NCBI GenBank assembly: GCA_002104945.1 | Contig: MCFH01000027.1 | Span: 372,001 to 436,000, forward strand | Length of the DNA stretch: 64,000 nt | Source: Piromyces finnis finn | Taxonomy: Eukaryota; Fungi; Neocallimastigomycota | Reading direction: 5' to 3' | The notes under the pieces: generated by a model | What the model was told of the DNA's origin: nothing | The model's input: the letters and a program-made list of their open reading frames with translations, nothing else | Databases searched by the model: none | Program-made: the position numbers and the translations under genes | Shown: piece by piece, positions 14,601 to 28,255 of the stretch | Position numbering within the stretch: the first letter of the stretch is position 1 | How the letters are laid out: each line of letters opens with the position of its first letter

Positions 14601-15653
14601 GTTGAACAATATCTTCATCATCATCATCTTCTTCATTATTCTTTTTTTCTTCACTAACTTCATCATCATCATCTTCTTCTTCACTACTATCTTCCTTGTC
14701 ATTATCGTCATCTTCATCGTCATCATCTTCACTTAATTCTTCATCATCATCGTCTTCTTCAGCAAATTCATCATCTTTTTCATCATCATCATCATTTTTT
14801 TCTGTAAATTGGTGAAAATAGTAATGTTTAATAATATAATCTGATAATCAAGATGTCTTTAAAATTATATTATATTAAAAATAATAAATAAAAAAACTAT
14901 TAATAGTTACTTATATTTTGATTTCTTTTTCTTTCAATAATTTCATCAATTGAAACTTGAGCTTGAGTCTTCATTTATATATATAATTTTAAAATTTGAA
15001 ATTCATTAGTAATTGACGATTATATTAAAGAAATATATTTTGTCAATATATTTACAGAATGTTTCTTTAAAGCAGCTTTAGCTTGTGTGAAATCCCATGG
15101 ATGACCTGAGCCACCTAATGCTATATCTTTATCAATATCAAATTTAAAAGAAGAATTTATTTCCTTGTCTTTATTATTCTTCTTTTTTGGCTATTTCAAT
15201 TATAAATATAAATATTATTGAAATAAAATAAATTAATTAATACTCATTTTCTTTATTAATAAGAATACAATTATTTAAAAATTTAAAATTGAAATTGAAT
15301 TATTATTATTTTCCTAATAATCAAATTAATTAAATTTTCATTTTAAGATTATTTAATATTTAAAAATTATAATGTATAATTTCTATTTTTATCACTTTTA
15401 TTCAATTTAATTATGATAAAATCAAGGTTATAAATTATTTAAAAATTTTATGAATCTTTTATACTTTTAATTATATTATATTATATCATATTATATTATA
15501 TTATATTATATTATACTATATTATAAATTATTATTTATTTATAATTATATAAAAATTTAAATAATCTAGTACTTTAGTTTCTTCGACTTCATTGTCACTT
15601 TCATAGACTTGGATGTCATCATCCTCATCAATTGTCATAATAAAATCAGACAT
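11694..15653 (-). CDS. DRS1: DEAD-box RNA helicase DRS1/DDX27 (60S biogenesis), multi-exon
   Basis: N-term MSDFIMTI; Q motif (GFVKPTPIQ), [42 protein letters not shown]-like ASRGLDI and [10 protein letters not shown]-term SFKSKSKYKRRR* after splicing. Confidence 0.93.
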
Positions 15654-17966
15654 GTTGATATATTATATTTATTATTAAAAAAAAATAGTAATAAAAAGAA
15701 CGATTGTTTGTTTTGAAATAAATTACTGAAAAATTAAATATAAATTAAATATTATAAATTTGAATTTCTGTTAAAATATATTTTAATTATATATATAAAT
15801 ATATAGATAAATTTTGTTAATATATATTGTTTAATATTATATTATTATTTAGTATTTATATTTACAATTACTACTGTTATACAATTGGAAAATTATGAAG
15901 ACAAACAATTAAACAATAATAAAAAAAACGTTAATTGCGTCCTTGTATAACTATTAACTTTTTTTTTTTTTTTGATAAATTAATTTTAATTTAACATTTG
16001 CAAAATCTTTAATTTTTTTTTTTAAAATAAACTTTTTTTTGATTGGCTAAATAGTTGATTTTTTATATATAAGAAGTAGAATTTATAAATATTATTATTA
16101 TAAATTTTAAATATAATATATACATAATATTAGATAGAAACTAGGTGCCTTTTAATTTCCAAGTGACAAAGAAATCTTTTTAAAAAATATACATACCTAT
16201 AGTATATATAGTATAATAAAAAATCATTTGACTTATTAAATATATATAATACTAGAATTTCAAAAAATAGGTAGAGAATAAGAATATTGAAATATTTACA
16301 TAAATTAAAAACCAAAATAAGAGAATTTTAAATAATATATACTAAATGAATAGTCATTAGTAATGTATTAAAAAAGAAATTATAATCAAATTTTGTATAA
16401 CTAGTAGATATAAATTAATGGTTCTAATTTTTTTAAATTCATTTTCATTTTTATTTTGAAATAATAATAAACATAATAATAAACATAATAATAATAATTA
16501 AATGGCTTTTTGATAATAATAAAGTTTACTATTTTTTATCATTGATAGAAATGGTTTAAAGGAATAATTCATAGATATAAATTGTATTACTTTTTTTTAC
16601 ATATAAGAATATCCTCTAAATTAATAATTTAAAAAATCTATAATTAAATTAATAAATATAATATTTAATCCAATGTGTGTATTTATAAACTATTTTATAT
16701 GTTCTAATATACTGCATTGATTGTCATTTCAAAGAGCTTTAGTTTATTCTTCGGTAATAGTTACTAACAAATAACAAACTTTATAAAATATAAAAAAATG
16801 GAAATATCTATTATTATAATATTTTTAAGCTTTTTGAACACGAATTTTAATTACTATAGTATTTTATTAGGATTTTTATTTTTATATCATTATTTAAATT
16901 ATAATGTAAATTTTTCATATTTAATAAAACAAAGACTGTATTTACAATTAAAGAAAGAGTTTTATATAAAAAAAGGAATGATAATTAACGCAATGCTGTT
17001 AAAAAAGAAAAAGAAAAAAAGAAATAAATGTTTTTTTTTTATAATTAAACAGTTGTTGTTTTTTAATATATTGAAATTTCATATGTCAAATTAAAAATTT
17101 AATAAAATTAATTTAATTATGTTTCATTTTTATTATTTTTTTTTTTTTTAAATACTAACTTTTTTTTATAAAAATGAAAAAAAAAAAAAAAAAAAAGATT
17201 TTATAGTCAATGGTAATAAAGGAAGAAAAAAGGATTTATATTTGATATTAAAGTTTTTATATACATTATTTGCCTTCATAATAATTTCTATATCTGATTT
17301 TAAGTTATTATTAAGTTCTTACATAATAAAAACATCCACAAATTTCAATTTAAATATAGTACAAAAAAATTTTTTTTTTAAAATATCTAATTAACTTTAT
17401 TATATAATATAATATAATATATTGAATTATATATTTTTTATATTTTTAATTATCAAAAAAAAAAAAAGGATCATCATCTTAATATTTATTAATTGGTTTA
17501 TAGATAAAATAAAAACGTCTTTATTTGAATCTTCCCTTAATAAGTATTAATCAAGATCATTTAGAAATAAAATAAAATGATTTATACACCAATTTAAAAA
17601 CAAACAAGTAAATAAAACAATTAATAAATGATAATATATTGGTATAATATATACAATTAAAAATAAAATAAAAAAAACATTCCTATTATATATTTGAAAT
17701 GTATTTTTTAAATATATAGTATTAAAGTTTATTTAAACATTTATTCATTACAAAAAAGCTAACTATATATTTTATTTTATTAATATAGATTATTATATAA
17801 CATATTTATAAATAAAACTATTATATACTATCAGTCTACAAATGAATGTTCAATATACTTGAAATTAATTCAAAACATAAAAACACAAAGTTTATTTATC
17901 AATTATTAATATAACCAAAAATTAAAAAAAAAAAAAAATATTTATATTTAAATATAAATATATAAA

Positions 17967-20900
17967 ATGTCTATATTTTTTTGGATTTTTTTTGGAAGTA
18001 AATAATAAAATATATTTCATAATAATAATATTCAAGCTCTAAATAACAAACACTAATAAATTAAACCTCTATTTTTTTAAATGTTGAATTTTTTATTATT
18101 TAAAGTTTTCATTACCATTGCTTCTGAAGTTTATATAATATATTATATATATTCATTGATTATCAGTATAAGGAATGAAAGAAAACAAAACAATGTCAAA
18201 AATAATAAAGATACAAATATAGAAGAAACAATCAAAAATAATGAATTAGAAGAAATAAAACAAAATAATTCAGAAAAAGATGAAGACTCCAGTAAAACTG
18301 ATAAAGATGGGTGGCCACCAAAAATTATTGAATATTTAGAAAATTGCTTATTCCCACAATATAATGATAAATCTAATCCACCTACAGAATGTTGTACTTG
18401 GGTGAATATTGTTTTTGCAAGATACTTTTTAGAATTACGAAAAGCTAAAGACTTTAAGGAAAGAATGATGAAGAAATTAAATGAAAAATTCACTAGGAAA
18501 TTAAAAAATAATTCATATATTGTAAAGTATTATACAACAAAAAATCAAAATGTTTCGATTTATTTATTATTGTTGAAATTATAAATATTTGGTGGTAACA
18601 GCCTATATTAACTAAAAAAATAAATATTTGAAATATTATATATCAAAAATAATTTCATAAAAAAATAGCAAAGTGTAGCGTTAACAGATTTTGATTTAGG
18701 TGAAGTTTGTCCACATTTTAACGGTGTAAGAGTTAAAAAATCAACTACAGAAAAATTAGAAGTGGTATGTTAATATTGCTTATTAAACTATTCAAAATAA
18801 TATAAATATATAAATATATATATGAATCTTTTAATAAATTATCTTTTAAATTATTAAATCTTTAATTTATAAGAATTTGGAAATGGAAATGGAATATTCA
18901 GGAGCTCCTAATAGTTTAAGTTTTAATTTAGATATAATATTAGTAAAAGGCATAATTATACCTGTGAAAATTAAATTATTAAAATGCAATGGAACGGTAA
19001 TAATAATAATTATAATAATAATAATAATAATAGTAGTAGTAGTAGTAGTAGTAGTAGTAATATAATTTAATTTTTTTGAATAATCGTTATTAAACTTTTA
19101 ATTTTTTTTCTGTATTTCTTGTATATAATTAATGTAGCTTTTAATTGTTGTGCCATATTTAAAGGACCCTACATTATTTGGTATTACATTTGTCAATAAT
19201 CCAAATCCAGAGTTTTCTATTGAAGTTTTATCAAATAAAATGAAGGATAAGAAAAAATATTTACTTTCACCAATATTATCAGTATTAAATAAATTATTAA
19301 AATCATTTTTTGTTGAATTTTGTACTCTCCCAGCAATAAGAACCTTTGATTTACCATTAGTTGCTCCAAAAATACCAATATATGTAAGCATTTTATTCAT
19401 ATATTTTTATTTATTATATATAGTCTATTTCTTAATTATACAAGTACATAATAAATATAGAATAAATTAAAACAATTTCTATAAATATTTATTTAATCTT
19501 AATATATATTATTAACGACTATAATATTCTTTATGTAGGTATATTTGTCAGATAATAAAAAAATGAGTAGTATTAATTTACAGCCACCTCCAATACAATC
19601 AACAAAAAGAAACACTAATAACCAGAAATTATTGGATATTTTCGAAGATAAAACATTCCCAATATATACACATGTTTCATCAAGCAATGCGTTATTATTA
19701 AATGAAAAATTAACATCTACTTTTATCCAATTAGCAAAGGAAAACAATAATGATATAATTAAACTATTAGAAAAGAGACAATCAATTGACCAAAATCCGT
19801 TAAATTTTGAAATTTGGAAGACTCTAAAAAATAAAAATGGTATTCATGTTCAAAAAAAATTAATAAACGAATATGGTGAAAGAGGTTGTATATTTAAAGG
19901 TACATTTGTTGTAAGAATGAATCCAAAAGATGTCTATGGTATAATTAAAAATATGAGTAACGAAGCAAGTGGTTATATTTTTAATGAAACTTTTATTCGT
20001 TCATCAATTGTTAAATGTTTTAACGATGACACATTAGTAAGACATATATCTTTTAAATTAAATCGCCAACAAAATCATGGATATGTATTGTTTGAAGCAC
20101 ATAAGGAATTTAATGAAGATAATCAAAATGATGACTTTTTTGACTATTTATCTAGTGATAAACAAACTGCCATTATAGAAGAAGACGAAAACCAACAAAA
20201 AAGATATGTTGTTGTTTGGAGATCAATTGCAGGAATTAAGAATGAAGAAAATGATAATATGGATACATTAAATAAACAAAAATTATTAAATAGAAAAAAT
20301 AATTTTTCTAAGGAAAGATTAAGAAGTTATACCACAAATGATATTATAGAAAAAGTAAATAGAGAACAATTAATAAATTCCCTTAAACAAAATGATGATG
20401 AAAAACTTTTGAATAATAAAAATGAAAATCTTAAAGTAAATGATGATTCATTACTAAAAGTAAACTCTAGCAATAGTATTAAAAGAGAACATGTATCATC
20501 TAATTCATATTTTTCACTTCACGGATTACTTAAAAATGAAATTGATTCAACAATGGAAATTTTACAAAAATCTACTATAATAAATGATAAATCTGAACAT
20601 ATACCAAGATTGAAGAAAGAGAACAGTAAGTATAACTTGTTATTATTGTTGTTATTAATATTGTCAGTAGTAGTAGTAGTAGTTCTAATAGTTCTAATTA
20701 GTTGTGTTGAAGATGTTAGAATTATATCAATGAAAAGCTTAATTATAAAACCATATTAAATAGTTTAATTAATTATTAATATATGTTATCACAATTAAAA
20801 AATAAATAATAAATTCATTTCAAATAGGTTTTAGGGGAAATATTTTAGAAAAAGATAGTCATATAATGGAAAAAACCACTTCAAATTCGAATATAAGTGA

Positions 20901-23455
20901 GACAAATAATAATAATAATAAAATAAAAGAAAATCAAGAATTTTCAGAAAATATAGATAATCTAGATGTAAAGGTTACTTCATCAAAAGATGATATCGTA
21001 TATGAAGAAAATTTCAAAATAAATAATAGACCAGCAGGAATGTTTAAACTTTATTTATCAGATGACGAAGAACCATATGATAATTACTTGAATTCAAATC
21101 GAACTGATTCGTCAACTTCATCTTTAGCTTCCCTTTCGGAAAAATATGAAGACAATTCATCAGTAATTAATGAAGATTCCTTAGAAAAGAAAGATGAATT
21201 ACTAGACACATTTGGTAATGACTTATTAGAAACAGATAAGAACGCTGAACTATCAATTTTAGAACCAAAACCAACAAATGTAAACGATGATAAATCATAT
21301 GATCCTCAAAATATAAAAGAATGTCCTATAAAACAAAATAATGATAAAGATGAATTATATGAAAATATTAATGCTTTATTAATAAAAGGATTTTATTTAG
21401 GTAAGGGAAATTATACTAACGCTGTTAAAAAAAAAAAAAAAATAAACTATAAAATAAATTTCATTATTATATAGAATAAAATACTAAATATAAAATTTCA
21501 AATAATATTAACAGAACCTCAACTTGGTGATCCAGAAGCATGTTATTTAACGGTTATATCTCAGTTTGAGTCTAGCTTTAAGAAATTTGAAGCTACTTAT
21601 GAATATTGTAGAAAATTGAAAAAATATTTAGAAGATCAAAATAGTACTGCACATTACAATTCTAATATAAATATAACAGAAGAAGATAAAAAGAAATCTT
21701 TTGGAAGGTCAATATCTAGTGAAAATATTGCTAAACTTGGAAAAATAAAGAATTATTTAAGTAGTGGTTTGGTGAAGGTCAAACGGTCACATAGTAGTAT
21801 GAAAGACTCTACAAAACCACCAATGTTAAAATATGATACACTAAGCATGACTAAATCAAAAAATGACGTTATATCTCCTACAAAACTAAAAGTAGATATA
21901 TACGCTCTTAACAATAAAATAAAACCGGAAGAACATAATTCATCAAATAGTCCACAAAGTGATGCAATAAATGAAGCTAATGAGACTTCTAGTAATGAAA
22001 TGAACATATCACCTATAAAATACTCTCCTTTATCTAATAACGATGAATTATCAAAATCAATTCCTGTTCCACCAATATCATCTATGCCAAATACCACAGC
22101 TACAACAAACAACTCACAAAGTAATAAAAAAAGTGTAATTAGAATATTTAAAAAAGTACAAAAAGTAGTAACAAAAAGATCATCATCATCAACTAATAAT
22201 AGCATTAGTATTGTATCTGATGAACGCCCAAGTCCTAAGAATGAAGATAATAATTGCACTTCTAATTTATATCTTTCAGATATTTGTCATTCCACAGAAT
22301 CTGTGAATTCATTAGACGAAGAAAAAGAAAAAGAAATTCATACAAAAAATAATATTGTTATATTGAAGCATGTTAATAGACCAAATATTCCATTAAATAA
22401 GCAAAACTTTACAAATCAATTTATTAATAATAAAGAAACAATTAAAGTTGAATCTCAACATCTAGGTGGTGAAACTTGGAATGATTTAAGATTTGAATTT
22501 AATGAGGCAAAAAATCTACCGCTTGATTTCAGCGTTTCTTTTAAACCAAATATAATAGGTTTATTTGACAAATGGAAGCATATTTATTCTGAATCTCCAA
22601 ATGAACCAGGTGTATTTACAATTATCCCAACATATACCTGTAGTACTTCACAGACACTAAAAATCATTAATGGCTGTATAAGTATCTATAGTTTCCCACC
22701 CGGTATATTTATATTTAAATGGGAAAATAATGCTAGAAAAACAGCAAAACACATTTCATTTAGATTTGCTATACAACCTGTTACCTTATTATGTTCCCCC
22801 ATTCAAAATTCACTTTCTCAATATTGTAATGAATATAATAGCGTTGTTAGTATCCGACAAAGATCATGTGGTACTTTTTCATTGCCTTATATCCCGTTAA
22901 GCGACTTTTGTTATAAATCTATTGGAATATCGGGAAGAACAGCATTTTTGAGTTATCAAATTTATACCAAGGGTAGTGATATTCAATTTGGAATTTTATT
23001 TGAACCATTACACGAAAGTAACAATGTATCTATGCAAGAATTATCAATACAACAGCAACAACAAAGTATTGAAGTAATTAATTCTAAAAGACTATCGAAT
23101 AGAAAAACAAGTAGTTATTCAAATATTTTATCAGAAGAAAGTTATCGTAATAATATATTAGAAGAAAGTAGATTCAGACATTCAGACGAAAACTTACTTT
23201 CACCTAAAACCGAAGTAGTAATTGAAAATATAAATCTAACAAGTGAAATACATACTAATATTGGTAAAGATTCATTTGAACTTAAACCAAATCAAAGATA
23301 TGTTGTCCCAATTGCAAAATGTAATTCACATAAAAATGTATTAAATGGAACAATACCAATAGCTAACAAATTCGGTATATACACCTTTGTTTTTAATAAT
23401 TCATTTTCAATTGTTACCTCTAAAACACTGGAATTAAATATTAAATTATTAATTC

Positions 23456-23460
<5 letters not shown>
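17967..23460 (+). CDS. Large predicted lipid-transfer protein: N-terminal TM, SMP (TULIP) domain, START-like domain, disordered linker, two GOLD-like domains; 8 exons, about 1500 aa
   Basis: Exons join in phase from the ATG at 17967. SMP-like ECCTWVNIVFARYFLELR, LTDFDLGEVCPHF and FCTLPAIRTF; START-like WKTLKNKNGIHVQKK...CIFKGTFVV...RYVVVWRSI; GOLD-like PGIFIFKWEN and SYQIYTKGSDIQFGILF...GIYTFVFNNSFSIVTSKTLEL. Confidence 0.7.
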
Positions 23461-23490
<30 letters not shown>

Positions 23491-24685
23491 AGTATTTTCA
23501 TAAAAATGCACATAATCCTAAATATAAATGTTCTATCTATTCATTTTTCCATTTCCTATCTATTTATTATTTATATTAGTTATATTAGTTATTTATTTAT
23601 TTATTGTTATTAATATTTTTATAAAAATTATTAATATTCATTTTTTTTTTTTAATATTGAATATAATATATATATATATATATTTTTTAAACTTTTAACA
23701 TGTATAATATTATGTTTTTATTAGATATTTTATTAGTAAAGATTAGAAACTTAATTCGCTTTTTCGAATGTTATAATTATTAATATATATATTAATAATA
23801 TTACTAACATAAACTCTCACTGTTTTTTTTTTTTTTTTTTACTAAATATTATATATTAGCCCAAAGCATGTATATACAATAATTATAAAAATTTATAATT
23901 TATAATAAAATAATAATACTTATAAAAAGTTAGAATTTAAAGTTTTTTATATTTATTAGTTTATTTTTTATCTGTATATTTATTAATAAAAGTAAAAATT
24001 TTATTTATTACTGTTAAGAGGTAAAATCATATAAATAAAAAAGGACGACGTAGTAAAATATATAAAATGTATTTTTTTAATAATACAATAAAAAAGCAAA
24101 AATAAATATAATATTAATAAATCTATTATCTTAAAATAAATAAATAAAAAAAAAAAAAAAAAAAAAAAAAACTATCTGTCCATTTCTTTTTTGTATAAAA
24201 ATTGCTTAAATATTTACTTTATTAAGTAAAATTAATTATATACAAAATAAAAAAATAAGGTATAAAAAATATTGAGATTATGTTTATAAAAGATTATATT
24301 TTAGAGTTTGTCAATAATTTATCATTTATAATAAATAATCATAGTGAAAAAGTTTATATAATTTATTAAGTTTTAATAGTAATAATATTACAATTCATAT
24401 TTCATTTCTATTCATTATTCCCTATACATTGTATAATGAATAAATAGTATTATTATTATTTTATATATCATAATAAAAAGTAATATTGTGGATTAAATAC
24501 TTCATTAAAAGAAATCCTGAAATCATTAATTATTATTAAAATCATATCAATTGTGGATTTTAGGAGATTTTATTCGCATATTTTTTTTTAAATAAATTTT
24601 AAAATTATATCGATCGATACATATTCATAAGATTTTTTTTCTCAAAAAATAAAAAAAAAAAAAGTATACATAAAAACAAAGCAAA

Positions 24686-25650
24686 ATGATGCCAATTAAT
24701 ATTGATGCAATACTATGTATTTTCTTATCTGTTGTAAGATATAAATCAAATCAAATATATTAAAAATAAAAATAAATAAAAGCATACTTATTGAAAAAAA
24801 AAGAAAATATTAAACAAGATTTTTTTTTAATTATATTTATATATATATAAACATTATAGACTGGATTTTTAATATATACAATATCTTATATATTAAATTG
24901 TATTGAAAAACCAGAATATGGACATGATCATAATATAGATAGATGGCAAACATGGTTATGTGTTGATATTGCGGTAGTTTGCATAATTATGTCTGTATTT
25001 ACCTTCTTTAATAAGTTGGAAAATATAAGAACATTGGTATTAAATATTGATAATAAAAATTATTTGCTATATGTAAATGTAGAATAATTTTTTAATTCTA
25101 CTTTAAATATTCAATAATTAGCTTTCATCCTTAATAGCTATAACCATTACATGGATTGTTCGAGATGGGGATGTAGAGTATCAAATAATATAAATACATA
25201 TAAGCTTTAAAAATATATTGTAATTACTCATCCTTAAATAATTAATTAACTTGTTATATAAATATTTTGTTGTTGTTTCTAGTTCTTAATTTTCCATAAT
25301 GAATGTAAATACTACGTTGTTATGGGTTGTGGTAATTGTTTAAACAGATATTTAAGCTATTATTTAATAATATCAAAATTAACATTAATAATAATATAAT
25401 AAATATACTATAATATTAAAAATTTAATTATTATATTTATATAAAATTATAAAAGGACTTTTCGTTGTCGCTGCAGGATTTGTATATATTATTTATTATA
25501 ATTAAAAAAAAAAAAAAGGATAGAAATTTACATTAATTCTTTTTTATTTATACATACATATATAACTATTTATAATTATTTATATCGAAAAAAAAAAAAA
25601 GTTCTTTTCATTAATAGTTATACAATTTGAAGGACCAATTACACAAATGA
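24686..25650 (+). CDS. Small orphan membrane protein (about 127 aa, about 4 hydrophobic helices), 6 exons, absent from the ORF track
   Basis: Exons 24686-24733, 24860-25036, 25122-25172, 25283-25331, 25456-25481 and 25618-25650 are all GT-AG, in phase and total 384 nt: MMPINIDAILCIFLSVTGFLIYTISYILNCIEKPEYGHDHNIDRWQTWLCVDIAVVCIIMSVFTFFNKLENIRTLLSSLIAITITWIVRDGDFLIFHNECKYYVVMGCGLFVVAAGFLYNLKDQLHK*. Confidence 0.65.
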
Positions 25651-26320
25651 CAGGAAGAAATCAAAAAATAAACAATGTAAATATAGTTAACGGTTTAATG
25701 GTTTAATAACAATTACCTATAAGAAGAATAAATTTGCAATATAAATAGAATTCTTTTTTTTTTTTTTATATATAATAGACAAAAACAATAATTAATTAAG
25801 CATTATTTAATCACAAAAAAAGTTGTTGGTTTTTTTTTTTTCTTTCTTTTTAAATCTTTTTTTTCTTTTCATCTTTTCAAAAAATAAATAAATAAATAAT
25901 ATTAATTTAATTGCATACATGTACACCTATTCTTATTATTTTTAATAAGTTAATAAGATAAAATTAAAATAACATATATAAATATATATATTTAAAATTA
26001 ATAAAAAAAATTAAAAAAATATATATTATTATTCTTATTTTATATAAATATTGTTTATTATGCCATTGATAGGAGTATAAAAAAATAAAAACATAAACAA
26101 ATAATTAGTATTCATAAATACTAAATACTTTTGATTTTAATTATATATATATTCTTATTGAAATACTAATAAGTTTTGTTTCATATTTTTATCCCTTTTT
26201 TTTTTTTTTTAATAGTTTGTTTGTTTGTTCTAGTGTTAATATTGACAAGTAAATAATAAACCGGTTTTATCGATAAAAAAATAACTAAATAAAGACTGAT
26301 TTTTTAATTTAAATTAAAAT

Positions 26321-27826
26321 TTATGGTAAATTGTTCCAATCTATTGGTTTATAACCCATTTCAACTAAATAATCATTTGCTTTTGAAAAATGCTTACAAC
26401 CGAAAAATCCACCTCTATTTGCTGAAAGTGGGGATGGATGAACTGCCTTTAAAATAAGATGCTTTTTCTAAATACAAAAGAAAAAAATAGTAAAAATATG
26501 TAATAATCATTAATATCTATTCTATTAATTTTATTTCTACATTTAAAACTTTAAATATTTTTATAGTATATATAATATAATTTCATATTTTTTTATAAAA
26601 TTACCTTGTCAATGTTCTTTCCTTTTTTTTGAGCATGAGAGCCCCACAATATAAATACAACATTTTTTCTACATTGGTTTATATAAGCAATAATAGCATC
26701 AGTAAACTGTTGCCATCCGATACTTGAATGAGATGCTGGTTCACCTTTTCTTACACTTAAAGATGTATTTAATAACAGTACACCTTGTTTAACCCAACCA
26801 TCTAAATAGCCATGTTTTGGTATATCAAATTTATCACCTAAATCATTTTTTAACTCTCTGTAAATATTGATTAAGGATGGTGGTGGTGGAACACCTTTTT
26901 TAACTGAAAAACATAAACCATGAGCTTGTCCAATACCATGATAAGGATCTTTTTATAAAATGGGGATTTTAAGTAATTATTTTTTATCAATTAAATATCA
27001 TAAATTTATTGTAATATCATAAAAATATATATATTTTTTTAGTCAACTTTTTAAAAGTAATTTTTAATTTATTATATATCAAATTAAAATATCTTTTAAT
27101 TTTATAATTGCTATTAAATAATATTATTTCTATTCATAATATATATACAATTTGGAAAAAAAAATAATAATAATAATAATAATAAGACTATTGTAATTAT
27201 AATTATTATTTTACCTTGTCCGATAATTACAACACGAACTTGTTTTAATGGACATTGTGTAAAACTATACATATCTTTTTCTTCGGGAAATATAATTTTT
27301 CCTTCTTTCTTTTCTTTTTCAATGAATTTTTTAAGCTATTTTAAATTTAAAATTATTATAAAATAATAATAATAATAATAATAAATTATTTATTTCTATT
27401 AATTTAAATTAAATTCTTTATAACTTTCAAAATACCAACTTTTATGAAATATGCTTTTATCATTTCAGAACGGAAAGCCTTATACCAATCCTCAGCCATA
27501 TATTTTTTTTCAAGAACTAAATGAGCTGGTACTAATTCCTTCTTTTCCTAAAAAAAAGGTTATAATATTTTTAATAATAAAAAAAAAAAACATTTACAAT
27601 TCAGGATTTGTTATTATTTTAAGAAATTTTAAAAGTATCGAAAGTTTATAAAAATTTTATACATATATATTATATATATTATATATATATATAAACATAC
27701 TGGAACATCAGTTTTAAGTTTTTTTGAATCACTATTATCATCATTATCATCAATTGAATGTTTTTTACTTTCTTCTGGTTTTGGAGGTGGATTCTCTACT
27801 CTTTTAAAATAATTTAATAAAGACAT
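26321..27826 (-). CDS. UNG1: Family-1 uracil-DNA glycosylase, 5 exons
   Basis: [68 protein letters not shown] and GCKHFSKAN...IDW after splicing. Confidence 0.97.
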
Positions 27827-28255
27827 TTTGAATAATAATAAAATTTGACTTTAAAAATATATTCTTCTATTTTTTTATGCTTTTTTTTTTATCTATAAAA
27901 AAAACCTTGTCCCCTACTTTTAATATATTTAAACGAACTATCCGCCAACCAAAACTATTAAATTAATGTAACAGTTTATTATTTAATTTGTTACATAATG
28001 TAGTTCATGAATTAAATTTAATTACATTTTTTTAAAATTATATTTTTAATTAAATTCCAAATTCTACTCTTCTTTTTTTTTAAGAAAAAAAGTATAAACT
28101 TATAAATTAACTAATTAATAAAAAGTTGTTGTTGTTTTCTTATATATAAAAATAAAAAAAGTATGTTCATTTTTAATGAAAATATATTATTTATTTAATT
28201 ATATAATTTATTCAATATCATAAAAATAAAGAAAAAAAAAAAAAATAGATTTACT

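Noticed and set aside
16798-17094. 98-aa ORF in the DRS1/SMP divergent spacer (also 16130..16315, 51815..51997 and 57163..57381)
   Set aside because: Composition matches AT-rich intergenic DNA (I/F/K/N/Y only), with no GC elevation or motifs.
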